A stretch of DNA of 45,932 nt from a virus. Taxonomy: Duplodnaviria > Caudoviricetes. The stretch spans positions 1 to 45,932 of IMG/VR virus record IMGVR_UViG_3300020042_001689; one strand, given 5' to 3'. Of the stretch, positions 36,037 through 43,951 are shown piece by piece (positions within the stretch are counted from its first letter, which is position 1; each line of letters starts with the position of its first letter). Position numbers and translations under genes: made by a program. Under the pieces are notes generated by a model. The model was given only the letters and a program-made list of their open reading frames with translations, had not been told where the DNA came from and did no database searches.

Positions 36037-37139
36037 GAGCTTTTTGCAAAATCTTTTTTTGCGGACTGACTCTTGTCTACGGATGACCGCTTGTCTTTCT
36101 CAGGGGCAATGGTTGGTTGGCCAATGTCTACTTTGATCAAGGCTGTCATGTCTAGGCTCTCAGCTTTAAGAGCAATCTCCATTTGAGCCACGCTAAGCAG
36201 GACTGACTTTGTATAGATCTGGTCATAGCCTTGTTTTTTCAACCACAACTCGGTTTTTGGCACGTCTTGCCATGACCTAGTCTTACGGCCTTCAACAACT
36301 TTCCAGCCAGGGATCAAGCCTCCGGTCAGTAAGATGTCTTTTGCTTTGGCTTCTACTGCTTCGACAAACGCGCTGAGTACCGACAACTTAGGCAACCATT
36401 CCTCTATAAGGTCCATTCCAACTGGATTAGTCTTGAAGTCAATGGCTGCAGCTTCATTAGCTAAGCGGTTCATCTCTGGGCATTTGGCTTTTGCACGGCA
36501 CCACTTACAAGCCTTCTCGCTAGCCACAAACTTGTTAGGTTCGTTTTGAATAGCTGCATAAGAACGCTTTAGTTCTTCAGCAAATGCTAAAAGTTCCTTT
36601 AGTTCAATGGTCCAGCTATCGATGCTATTCATCGGTGGTTGGACGATAGTCATCATGATTGTGTCTACGTCGTACACAAGGCCGTATTTGAGGTAAGCAC
36701 CCAACGCATAGCAGAGCAGCTGAGTGTTGCCATCAGCCTCTACGCGCACGCCGCTGCCTGTCTTAAGATCGATGACCCTCATCAATGAACCATCAATGAT
36801 GATGGCGTCTGCGGTGCCCCAGCAATCATTGATGACTTCTGCAAGTGTGACCTTCTCTTCGTAAAACTTTTGGCCGTTCAAAGATTGGATGTAGTTGACA
36901 TAGACTTGCACGAGCTCAGCCATTTCATGCGTGATGATATGGCTGTTGATTGTCTTGCCGACAAACCAGTTTGGTTCAAGGCCTTTAGTCAGGCAAAGGT
37001 CAGACACCGTGTGCATTGCCGTGCCCTTCTCTGCGTAAATGCTTGAGTCGCCACCTTTGATGTCAGGTTCCAGATGGACGCTGCCTGGGCAAGTCATCCA
37101 TCTAGAGCTAGCACTCGGTGAGAGTTTAGCGTGCTTCAT
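36030..37139 (-). CDS. Cas4-like PD-(D/E)XK exonuclease (DUF2800-like)
   Basis: Start MKHAKLSPSASSRW..CPGS; 'GT..H', 'WGTAD', 'IDLK.G', 'QL..YALG', 'C.WC.....C', 'GWK.VEGR'. Confidence 0.85.
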   Translation of the reverse strand: MKHAKLSPSASSRWMTCPGSVHLEPDIKGGDSSIYAEKGTAMHTVSDLCLTKGLEPNWFVGKTINSHIITHEMAELVQVYVNYIQSLNGQKFYEEKVTLAEVINDCWGTADAIIIDGSLMRVIDLKTGSGVRVEADGNTQLLCYALGAYLKYGLVYDVDTIMMTIVQPPMNSIDSWTIELKELLAFAEELKRSYAAIQNEPNKFVASEKACKWCRAKAKCPEMNRLANEAAAIDFKTNPVGMDLIEEWLPKLSVLSAFVEAVEAKAKDILLTGGLIPGWKVVEGRKTRSWQDVPKTELWLKKQGYDQIYTKSVLLSVAQMEIALKAESLDMTALIKVDIGQPTIAPEKDKRSSVDKSQSAKKDFAKSSK

Positions 37140-38661
37140 TGACCAATTCCATAGTTTGTGAGAATTGCTCTTCATTGATCTCGCTGACCTTCTTGACTCC
37201 AAGTTCAGCCAAAATGGCAAGGGCTTGTTCACGCTTGCCTGCGCCAATCAGTTTGGCCATTGCTTGGCGAATGTGGTCAAGGGTGAAGGCTTCAATCTCC
37301 ACTTGTTTGGCTGGCTTTTTAGGGGTTGGCACCTCTTGCTCAACGGTCTTAGGTTCCTCTTGTTCAACAGCCTTAGCCGTGGGTTCCATACCTTCAAACA
37401 ATTCGGCCAGTTCGCGCAGCTTGGCTGCAATCAATTTTTCATTCATGTCCGTAGACTCCTTAATGACACTATCAATGACATCCATCTTGGTCAGTATCTT
37501 GTGTAAGATAATTTCATCGATGGACCCGGTTATCGTCAGCAAATCAATAGTGACATTGTCTTGCTGACCGATTCTGTGGCAGCGGTCTGCTGCCTGTTGA
37601 AGGTCTGAGGGAGACCATGGTGCTTCAACAAATACGACATGGCTTGCTGCGGTTAGGGTCAAACCTACTCCAGCAGCTTTGATGTTGCCTACAAAGACCC
37701 TACACTTTGCATCGTTTTGGAATGTTTGAACTGCTGCGTGTCTGTCTTCATTCTTGACTGCGCCGGTGACCATGACCGGGGCATAGTCCTTAAAGGCGTC
37801 TACTAGCCCATCAATAATGTGAGTGTGATGAGCAAAGACCACAACCTTGTCTATCTGTTCAAGACAGTCTTTGATGTAGCTTATAGATTGGTCTAGCTTG
37901 CGCTCTGCATTGAGCCGCCTGATGTCACTGATGGCTTCAAACGGAATCGAATCAGGCTTGTCAATCTCGTCAGCTGTAAATTGCTTTTCACGCTTGTCAA
38001 CTGACAAATCAAGGGCAATGACCCTATAGGTTTTTGATGGCAAGTCAATGCACTCAGCTTTTGTCATCCGCAGCATGAACGGTTCTAACACTTTGATCAG
38101 CTCACTTTTACGGCTTGAACCGCTGAAGTCGTAGGTGTCCCAGGGTGTTTTCCATCCTGCACAGAACCGCATACCAAACTCAAAGTAGCCTAGCTTTGTG
38201 GCTCCAATCGAATAGAGTAAAGTCCACAGCTCGATGGGTCGATTGACTATAGGTGTGCCTGTCAACAGGCTGACGTTGGTTGTGGTCTTGATCAGACCCA
38301 TCAACAGCTTGGTACGCTTGGCTTTGTAGTTCTTGATGTAGTGAGCTTCATCCACTATCAAGGTGACCGGTTTAGGTAGGTCAAGCTTACCTAGTATGTC
38401 ATAGTTGACAATGGTGACGTCAAAGCCTTTGATTGGATCTTTGGGGCTGCGAACAACCTGCACGCTAAGTTCAGGCCGCCACATCTTGAGCTCGGCTTGC
38501 CAGTTGAGTTTGAGTGATGCAGGACACACGACCAATGCAGGCACAGACAAGTCTAGGCTAGACACACCTGTCTTGCCTAGACCCATGTCAAGCGCAAGAA
38601 TGGCCTTAGGTCGCTGACCTAGCCATTCAACGGCTTGGACTTGATGAGGGTACAGGTTCAT
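37126..38661 (-). CDS. SNF2-family helicase with fused C-terminal small domain
   Basis: Start MNLYPHQ; 'DMGLGKT', 'DEAH', 'LTGTP..N', 'GVGLTLT', 'QA.DR.HRIGQ'. Confidence 0.9.
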   Translation of the reverse strand: MNLYPHQVQAVEWLGQRPKAILALDMGLGKTGVSSLDLSVPALVVCPASLKLNWQAELKMWRPELSVQVVRSPKDPIKGFDVTIVNYDILGKLDLPKPVTLIVDEAHYIKNYKAKRTKLLMGLIKTTTNVSLLTGTPIVNRPIELWTLLYSIGATKLGYFEFGMRFCAGWKTPWDTYDFSGSSRKSELIKVLEPFMLRMTKAECIDLPSKTYRVIALDLSVDKREKQFTADEIDKPDSIPFEAISDIRRLNAERKLDQSISYIKDCLEQIDKVVVFAHHTHIIDGLVDAFKDYAPVMVTGAVKNEDRHAAVQTFQNDAKCRVFVGNIKAAGVGLTLTAASHVVFVEAPWSPSDLQQAADRCHRIGQQDNVTIDLLTITGSIDEIILHKILTKMDVIDSVIKESTDMNEKLIAAKLRELAELFEGMEPTAKAVEQEEPKTVEQEVPTPKKPAKQVEIEAFTLDHIRQAMAKLIGAGKREQALAILAELGVKKVSEINEEQFSQTMELVNEAR

Positions 38662-38771
38662 TTGGCAATGGCCCAATTCCAAACACGCTCTATGGCAATT
38701 TGGGATAAGTAACCAAGCCAAGTGACCGGCACTAAGATTGCCACAACAATGAGTGCCAAGAAGACTTTCAT
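38658..38771 (-). CDS. 37-aa membrane peptide (not in ORF track)
   Basis: MKVFLALIVVAILVPVTWLGYLSQIAIERVWNWAIAK*; ATGA overlaps at both ends. Confidence 0.55.
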   Translation of the reverse strand: MKVFLALIVVAILVPVTWLGYLSQIAIERVWNWAIAK

Positions 38772-38929
38772 TTGATCAAGTCCAGACATTCTTTTGCACA
38801 CTGCTTGAGCTCACGAGTCGAGCTGCTGCCAAATGAAATGCCTGTTTCCATCATCTTGTATTGCACATCAAGTGCAAGCTCAAGACTGATGTTCAGCCAT
38901 TTCATGATGTCTCTAGTGAGGGCGTTCAT
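38768..38929 (-). CDS. 53-aa hypothetical protein (not in ORF track)
   Basis: MNALTRDIMKWLNISLELALDVQYKM...; ATGA overlaps at both ends. Confidence 0.55.
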   Translation of the reverse strand: MNALTRDIMKWLNISLELALDVQYKMMETGISFGSSSTRELKQCAKECLDLIK

Positions 38930-39129
38930 GCGAGCTCTAACGTAGTTTGCTTGACTTCAACTTTGTAGCCGAGTGCTTGTGCAAGCTTGAGTGTATCGCG
39001 GCTCAAAGTTGTCTGCCGTGCAATGTCGGCAAAGATTTGAGCAACAGAGTTGCCAGGATAGATCATCTCTTTTCCATAGACATTTTTGATGGTGACGATG
39101 AGTGGGTTGTTGGCTGTGAGGACGGTCAT
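38926..39129 (-). CDS. 67-aa hypothetical early protein
   Basis: Start MTVLTANN just after the promoter element; 'KNVYG....YP', 'LGY.V.V'. Confidence 0.65.
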   Translation of the reverse strand: MTVLTANNPLIVTIKNVYGKEMIYPGNSVAQIFADIARQTTLSRDTLKLAQALGYKVEVKQTTLELA

Positions 39130-39141
39130 GATAGGCTTTCG

Positions 39142-39230
39142 ACATTGAGACGGCGAGACTGCCGTGAGTGCATTGTACAACACTTTTTGAGTGTTGCACA
39201 ACTATTTTGCAACTATTTTGCAACTATTTT
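39142..39230 (-). promoter_or_regulatory. Repeated early promoter element, copy 3, with three 11-bp upstream repeats
   Basis: Core 39142-39188; CAACTATTTTG units at 39199, 39210, 39221. Confidence 0.8.
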
Positions 39231-39621
39231 ACTGCTTGGCCCAGTAGCCATAGACCATTTTGTGGGTGCAGTCCCAGGTGTCGTTTGCCACACCGTCAAT
39301 CACTGCTACAAGATGATGGGCTTGCTTGGCAATCACACTGCCTTTTGGCATATCACTGCAGCGAGCCTTACGGCCTATAAACTGAGGGGCCTTGTGCCAT
39401 GCCCACCCATAACGCTTGAGCACTACTGTGTAAATGTCTTTCATGATGCCATTGCGTGCTGACCTTGAACGACCGTTGTCACAGTTTGCTTGTGATAGTT
39501 CCTTGTACACGGCTTTGTAGTCAAGCTGCAAAGCTATTGCCATTGCCCGGGCTCCGCAGTCACCTGCTGTGCCCTTGAAGCCTGCAGCTTGACGGCCGCC
39601 GTCATTGAGTTTATATTCCAT
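39229..39621 (-). CDS. Hypothetical protein with papain/C39-like Cys-His-Asp pattern
   Basis: 'GDCGARAMAIA', 'HLVAVIDG', 'DTWD'. Confidence 0.5.
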   Translation of the reverse strand: MEYKLNDGGRQAAGFKGTAGDCGARAMAIALQLDYKAVYKELSQANCDNGRSRSARNGIMKDIYTVVLKRYGWAWHKAPQFIGRKARCSDMPKGSVIAKQAHHLVAVIDGVANDTWDCTHKMVYGYWAKQ

Positions 39622-39635
39622 GATGATCCTTTACA

Positions 39636-39713
39636 ACATTGAGACGGCGAGACTGCCGTGAGTGCATTGTACAACACTTTTTGGTCTGTACACAACTATT
39701 TTGCAACTATTTG
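39636..39713 (-). promoter_or_regulatory. Repeated early promoter element, copy 4
   Basis: Core 39636-39682; CAACTATTT(T)G units at 39693 and 39704. Confidence 0.8.
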
Positions 39714-39964
39714 CGTTTATACATAGGGGTCCAGTCCTTGATGTCTGGTCTGAGCTGCTCTTTTGTGAATGGTATGGCCTTCATCAAGCCAAATTTTCTG
39801 GCCGCAACTCGGCCGATTTGTCCTCGTGTGAACCAGTAGGAAACGGTGTTCCGGCTCATCTTTGCTTGCCGGGCCATCTCGGCCTTTGTACCCATGTGGA
39901 CTAGGAGGAGGTCTAAGGCTTCTTGACAATCGGCCTTAAAAGGTTTGAGTTTTTTTTCAATCAT
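39707..39964 (-). CDS. Cro-like HTH regulator
   Basis: 'GTKAEMARQAKMSRNTVSYW..RG.I' and C-terminal 'LRPDI'. Confidence 0.8.
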   Translation of the reverse strand: MIEKKLKPFKADCQEALDLLLVHMGTKAEMARQAKMSRNTVSYWFTRGQIGRVAARKFGLMKAIPFTKEQLRPDIKDWTPMYKRK

Positions 39965-39997
39965 GATGTATTGTACATCAGTTTTTTATGATAGAAT
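39964..39997. promoter_or_regulatory. Divergent promoters with palindromic operator
   Basis: TGATGTA-TTG-TACATCA (39964-39980) contains a minus-strand TACAAT; plus-strand extended -10 TG-A-TAGAAT at 39989-39997. Confidence 0.6.
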
Positions 39998-40002
39998 AAT
40001 TT

Positions 40003-40060
40003 TGTCATCACCTAGGCCAGCGCGGCCGAAAGACGGATCCTAGCCCGTTTGGTGATGACA
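40003..40060 (+). ncRNA. Putative c4-like structured antisense/leader RNA
   Basis: 10-bp closing stem TGTCATCACC/GGTGATGACA enclosing two hairpins; loop complementary to downstream sites. Confidence 0.55.
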
Positions 40061-40095
40061 CTTTTAGCTAGGTTGTTTTTCTAGGAACAACGAAA

Positions 40096-40380
40096 ATGAT
40101 CAAGAACGGTAAACTGTGCTGCCCCGTCTGCGGTGACGTATGGCTGCATCAATCCACAGTCGACGTGTATGTCAATCTAACGGCCGATCGTCCTAGTGAC
40201 ACAGGCATTCACGTAACGGTTGGCATCCCTGTTCAAGTTGACACAGACATCTCCAAAAGTCCAAGTTCTAGGAGGAACGGTTTACGGATAGAATTTGAGT
40301 GCGAGACTTGTGGGCCTGTGGCACCCTTGGCTATCTATCAACATAAAGGCGAGACCTTCATCAAATGGGAAACCAAATGA
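40096..40380 (+). CDS. Small zinc-ribbon protein
   Basis: CPVC...CETC; AGGA RBS; ATGA overlap with primase. Confidence 0.65.
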   Translation: MIKNGKLCCPVCGDVWLHQSTVDVYVNLTADRPSDTGIHVTVGIPVQVDTDISKSPSSRRNGLRIEFECETCGPVAPLAIYQHKGETFIKWETK

Positions 40381-42767
40381 ACGCTGTCAAACCAACAGCG
40401 TTGCCTGTAAAACCTGAACTCATTCCTCAAGAACTCAAACTCATTCCTAGGTGGGTCGTTTGGAGGCTTGAACTGTGGGTCAAAAAAGACGAGAAAATTG
40501 TATGGAAAAAGGTGCCATACCAGACTAGTGGCCGCTTAGCCCAGGTCACTAACCCTAAGCATTGGTGTAGCTACAACGAAGCCATTGATGCCTATATCAT
40601 GGATGGTTTTGATGGGGTTGGCATAGCTTTTGACGGCTCTGATGGTGTTCACGGTATTGATCTAGATAAGTGTATTGTTGATGGAACAATAAGCTCTTTG
40701 GCTCAGGAGCTATTGGACCGTGTTGATGGCTATGCTGAGACTAGTCCATCAGGCACAGGCATTAAACTTTTTACCAAGTCAAACCTGGCAATCAATGGAA
40801 AGAAAGGCAATGTTGAGGTCTATAAGGAGGGTCGCTACTTCACAGTGACGGGCCATACCTTAAATGGTCACGGCCTTTTGCCCGACACTATCCAAGATGT
40901 AGACTGGTTTGTTGAACGACATTTTGGAACAAATGAGGCCCTCGGCCTTGAGTCTTATAAGTCACCGCTCAATGACTGGGATCTTGAGCGAGTTGAGACT
41001 GAGCTGCTGCCATTCATAGGTGACCTTGAGCCGTATGACCTATGGCTCCAACTAGGTATGGCTTTGCATCATCAAGGTCGAGGCGGTGAGGAATGGATGG
41101 AGCTTTGGGATCAAGCCAGTCGTCAGACTGGTTCATATGACCGCCGTGAGTTGGAATCCAAGTGGGACTCTTTTAGTGAACAACACGGCTCAGGAGGCGG
41201 GGCCATAACCCTTGCCTCGATCATCAAAAAGGTCATTGAGTTCAAGAAGGCTGAGCAGACCAGGACTTTTGATCGTTGTAAGGCTTTGATTGTTGACGAG
41301 ACTGACCTTGAGCAGCTTAAGACCGTGGTAGTTGAGGCAATCAAAGCTGAGCTTGGCCTTGACCACATCAGTCGCAATGTTTTGGCAGGCATTCTCAAGA
41401 CCAAGTTCAAGGATCTAAACTTCCCCATCTCAATCAATGATGCCAAGAATTTGATCAAGCCGAAGATTCATGAGGGTGTACCAGAATGGTTAGGTGATTG
41501 GGTTTATGTCACTCACGAAGACAAGTTTTTCAATGTCAATAGCAAAAGGAAAGTCTCGCAACAGGGTTTTGGTGCAATGTTCAACCGGTTTTGTGGCGAT
41601 GACTCAGCAGCTACATTGTCCTTAGATCTGTTTAGGATTCCTACCCCTGACAAGATCATCTACTTGCCTGCTGCTGAGGATCTGTTTGAGCTCAATGGGA
41701 TTGAATGTGTCAATGAATACAACAAGAACAGTCCGCCAGATGTGCCTGCTTCTTTGAGTGCCGGCGACCTTAAAGCCATTGAAGTTGTGCAAGCCCATCT
41801 GTCAATGATCTTGGTTGAACAACACGCTGTAGAGATCATGCTTAGTTGGATGGCTTACTGCGTTCAGAATCCAGGGTCTAAAATTCGGTGGGCTCCGTTG
41901 ATCAAAGGCATTGAGGGCGACGGCAAGTCGGTGCTAGGCAACTTGATGATGGGTGTGATGGGTATGGCCAACGTAGGCATTGTGTCACCTAGCGTATTGG
42001 CAACCGGCTTTACGAGTTGGGCAGCAGGCAGGTGCGTCAATGTGCTTGAGGAGATTCGCATGGTTGGTCATAACCGCCATGATGTGCTGAATACCATAAA
42101 GCCGTACATCACCAACGATCAAGTCACAATACACCCCAAAGGTATCAACGAGTATGTGGCACCAAACACGGTCAACTACATTGCATTCACAAACCACCAC
42201 GACGCCCTACCACTTGAGGACACGGACCGTCGATGGTGGGTTCAATTCACACCTTTTAATGACCAACACGAGTTGCTCAAAGTAGCCAATTCAGACTACT
42301 TCAGCAACTTGTTCAATGCCATTCGTGATCATTCACCTGGCCTTAGAAAGTGGTTGCTTGAGTACCAACTTAGCCCATTGTTCAATCCAAAAGGCCAAGC
42401 ACCATCATCTTTGGCTAAAGACCAGATGGTCAGTTTGAACGTAAGTGAGGATTTTGGGGTTGTAAAAGAATTACTATCAGAAGGTGGGTTTGGCTTTAAT
42501 GATCAAATCTTGTCTAGCCGCCACTTCACAACAGCGCTAAGTTTTATTGAAAATATTGAGGTACCAAAGACCATTTCGTTGAACAAAATCTTCATGAAAC
42601 TTGGCTATTCTGCGCTTGGACACCCAGTTAAATGGGAAGGGAAGGCTTGCACAATATGGCTAAAAGGTTCGTACTTGAAAACGTTTAAAGGAATGGAAAA
42701 ATCTGAAGTGAACGAACAAATTAGAAATTTATTGGAAAAAACGCAAGGTAAAGACCTTTTAAGCTGA
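40377..42767 (+). CDS. Primase-polymerase (AEP) plus PriCT-2 plus SF3-like helicase (DUF5906-like)
   Basis: 'RWVVW', 'KVPY', 'GIDLD.C', 'E.SPSG.G', 'RYFTVTG'; 'W...GMALH...W..WS-like'; Walker A 'GIEGDGKS', Walker B 'VLEE', 'FTNH'. Confidence 0.88.
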   Translation: MNAVKPTALPVKPELIPQELKLIPRWVVWRLELWVKKDEKIVWKKVPYQTSGRLAQVTNPKHWCSYNEAIDAYIMDGFDGVGIAFDGSDGVHGIDLDKCIVDGTISSLAQELLDRVDGYAETSPSGTGIKLFTKSNLAINGKKGNVEVYKEGRYFTVTGHTLNGHGLLPDTIQDVDWFVERHFGTNEALGLESYKSPLNDWDLERVETELLPFIGDLEPYDLWLQLGMALHHQGRGGEEWMELWDQASRQTGSYDRRELESKWDSFSEQHGSGGGAITLASIIKKVIEFKKAEQTRTFDRCKALIVDETDLEQLKTVVVEAIKAELGLDHISRNVLAGILKTKFKDLNFPISINDAKNLIKPKIHEGVPEWLGDWVYVTHEDKFFNVNSKRKVSQQGFGAMFNRFCGDDSAATLSLDLFRIPTPDKIIYLPAAEDLFELNGIECVNEYNKNSPPDVPASLSAGDLKAIEVVQAHLSMILVEQHAVEIMLSWMAYCVQNPGSKIRWAPLIKGIEGDGKSVLGNLMMGVMGMANVGIVSPSVLATGFTSWAAGRCVNVLEEIRMVGHNRHDVLNTIKPYITNDQVTIHPKGINEYVAPNTVNYIAFTNHHDALPLEDTDRRWWVQFTPFNDQHELLKVANSDYFSNLFNAIRDHSPGLRKWLLEYQLSPLFNPKGQAPSSLAKDQMVSLNVSEDFGVVKELLSEGGFGFNDQILSSRHFTTALSFIENIEVPKTISLNKIFMKLGYSALGHPVKWEGKACTIWLKGSYLKTFKGMEKSEVNEQIRNLLEKTQGKDLLS

Positions 42768-42771
42768 ATGT

Positions 42772-42987
42772 CCCGAACTAAAGCTATCTCGAACCTTAAT
42801 TCGAACCTCGATTCGAACTAGCTTAAGCTATTGATTTTTATACATATTTTACTTAAAAGGTTCGAAGTTCGAAATAATACTATAAAGTTGACAGCCGGCA
42901 GGAATGTATATATGAACAAAAAATAGTATATATATCTGCCGGTGGGGATGGACTTCAATAAACCTCGAACCCCGAACCCCGAACCTG
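42772..42987. other. Putative replication origin
   Basis: Nine CGAAC boxes (7 direct, 2 inverted), AT-rich core and palindromes right after the primase-helicase. Confidence 0.6.
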
Positions 42988-43009
42988 GAAGTTAAGTGAC
43001 GGAAAATAA

Positions 43010-43426
43010 ATGGTTGTATACAAACAAGTTAAGTCTAAGTCAGAGTCTAGCGAGCAAACGACTCTAGTTGCCAGGGTGCGCAACTTCCATCCTGACCTGG
43101 TTTTTATGAGCATCCCGAACGGAGGCAAAAGGGATCCACGAGTAGCTGCGCAGATGAAGCGTGAAGGCGTTTTGGCCGGCGTGCCTGATCTCTTTCTGGC
43201 AGAACCGAGGCAAGGGTCACATGGTTTGTTCATCGAGATGAAGAAGGTTGGTGGCCGGACAAGTAATAATCAGGATTCGATCATCGACAAGTTGAAAGAG
43301 AAAGGATATCACGTCGTAGTGTGCGAGGGGGCAAACGAGGCTTACAGTGAGTTTCTGCGCTATGTCTATGGTGATCAACCTCCTGCGTGGCTTAAGCGCT
43401 TTGTGGATCATTTTGGCAAGACGTAG
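43010..43426 (+). CDS. VRR-NUC domain nuclease (resolvase-like)
   Basis: 'E..EQ', 'IPNGG.R', 'GV.AGVPDL', 'FIEMK...GR.S..Q'. Confidence 0.88.
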   Translation: MVVYKQVKSKSESSEQTTLVARVRNFHPDLVFMSIPNGGKRDPRVAAQMKREGVLAGVPDLFLAEPRQGSHGLFIEMKKVGGRTSNNQDSIIDKLKEKGYHVVVCEGANEAYSEFLRYVYGDQPPAWLKRFVDHFGKT

Positions 43427-43452
43427 GCCATAAAGAGTGAGGTTGAGCTTTG

Positions 43453-43461
43453 TGCTAAAAT
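43453..43461 (+). promoter_or_regulatory. Possible extended -10 promoter for the packaging operon
   Basis: TG-C-TAAAAT, 35 nt upstream of the ATG at 43496. Confidence 0.4.
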
Positions 43462-43495
43462 CCGAATTAGACGTAAGACTGAAGGAGTCGATCAA

Positions 43496-43951
43496 ATGAC
43501 GGGAAGAATGACAACCATCGTGCGTACTCCGAGTACACCTGGCAATAAACCAGGCATTGCAAAAGTTGCAGGTTCTGGGCGACAAGTTGGATCGGTAAAC
43601 AAAGTGACGCTGACTGCAAAGTTGGCGATTGCTGAGTTTGTCGACGGCAATGCGCATCGATTGACCGGCTGGCTTGATGCCGTGGCTGAAGGCACACCAA
43701 TGCTTGATCTTGACGGTAAACAAATTTACGATCAAGACGGCAACAAAGTCTACGTGACTCGGCCAAACCCTGAACGTGCGTTCAACTTGTTCCAAAGCGT
43801 GGTCGAGTATCATGTGCCTAAGTTGGCTCGCAGTGAGATCAGCGGACCAAATGGCGGTGCAATACCGATTGCTGCGGTCGATCTCAAGGGACTAAGTGAT
43901 GTAGAGCTTGACACAATGCAGAGATTGATGAGCAAAGCAGCAGGCCAATGA
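43496..43951 (+). CDS. Probable terminase small subunit
   Basis: 'GSGR..GS.NK.T', 'EYHVPKLAR.E..G..GG.I'; AAGGAG RBS; ATGA-coupled to TerL. Confidence 0.65.
   Translation: MTGRMTTIVRTPSTPGNKPGIAKVAGSGRQVGSVNKVTLTAKLAIAEFVDGNAHRLTGWLDAVAEGTPMLDLDGKQIYDQDGNKVYVTRPNPERAFNLFQSVVEYHVPKLARSEISGPNGGAIPIAAVDLKGLSDVELDTMQRLMSKAAGQ

Noticed and set aside
36030-37139. Cas4-like gene as part of a CRISPR-Cas system
   Set aside because: It is a standard phage replication-module nuclease; no cas1/cas2 or array is present
27598-39462. Plus-strand ORFs in the minus-strand block (e.g. 37139-37567, 38947-39462), and similar antisense ORFs elsewhere such as 3697-4167, 19682-20197 and 43217-43813
   Set aside because: They are shadows of well-supported genes on the other strand, with no recognisable motifs
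40003-40060. tRNA or hammerhead ribozyme
   Set aside because: Only two internal arms, no TTCGA T-loop, and no CUGAnGA core in the junction
42888-42916. Sigma70 promoter at TTGACA
   Set aside because: No TAnnnT hexamer at 16-18 nt spacing
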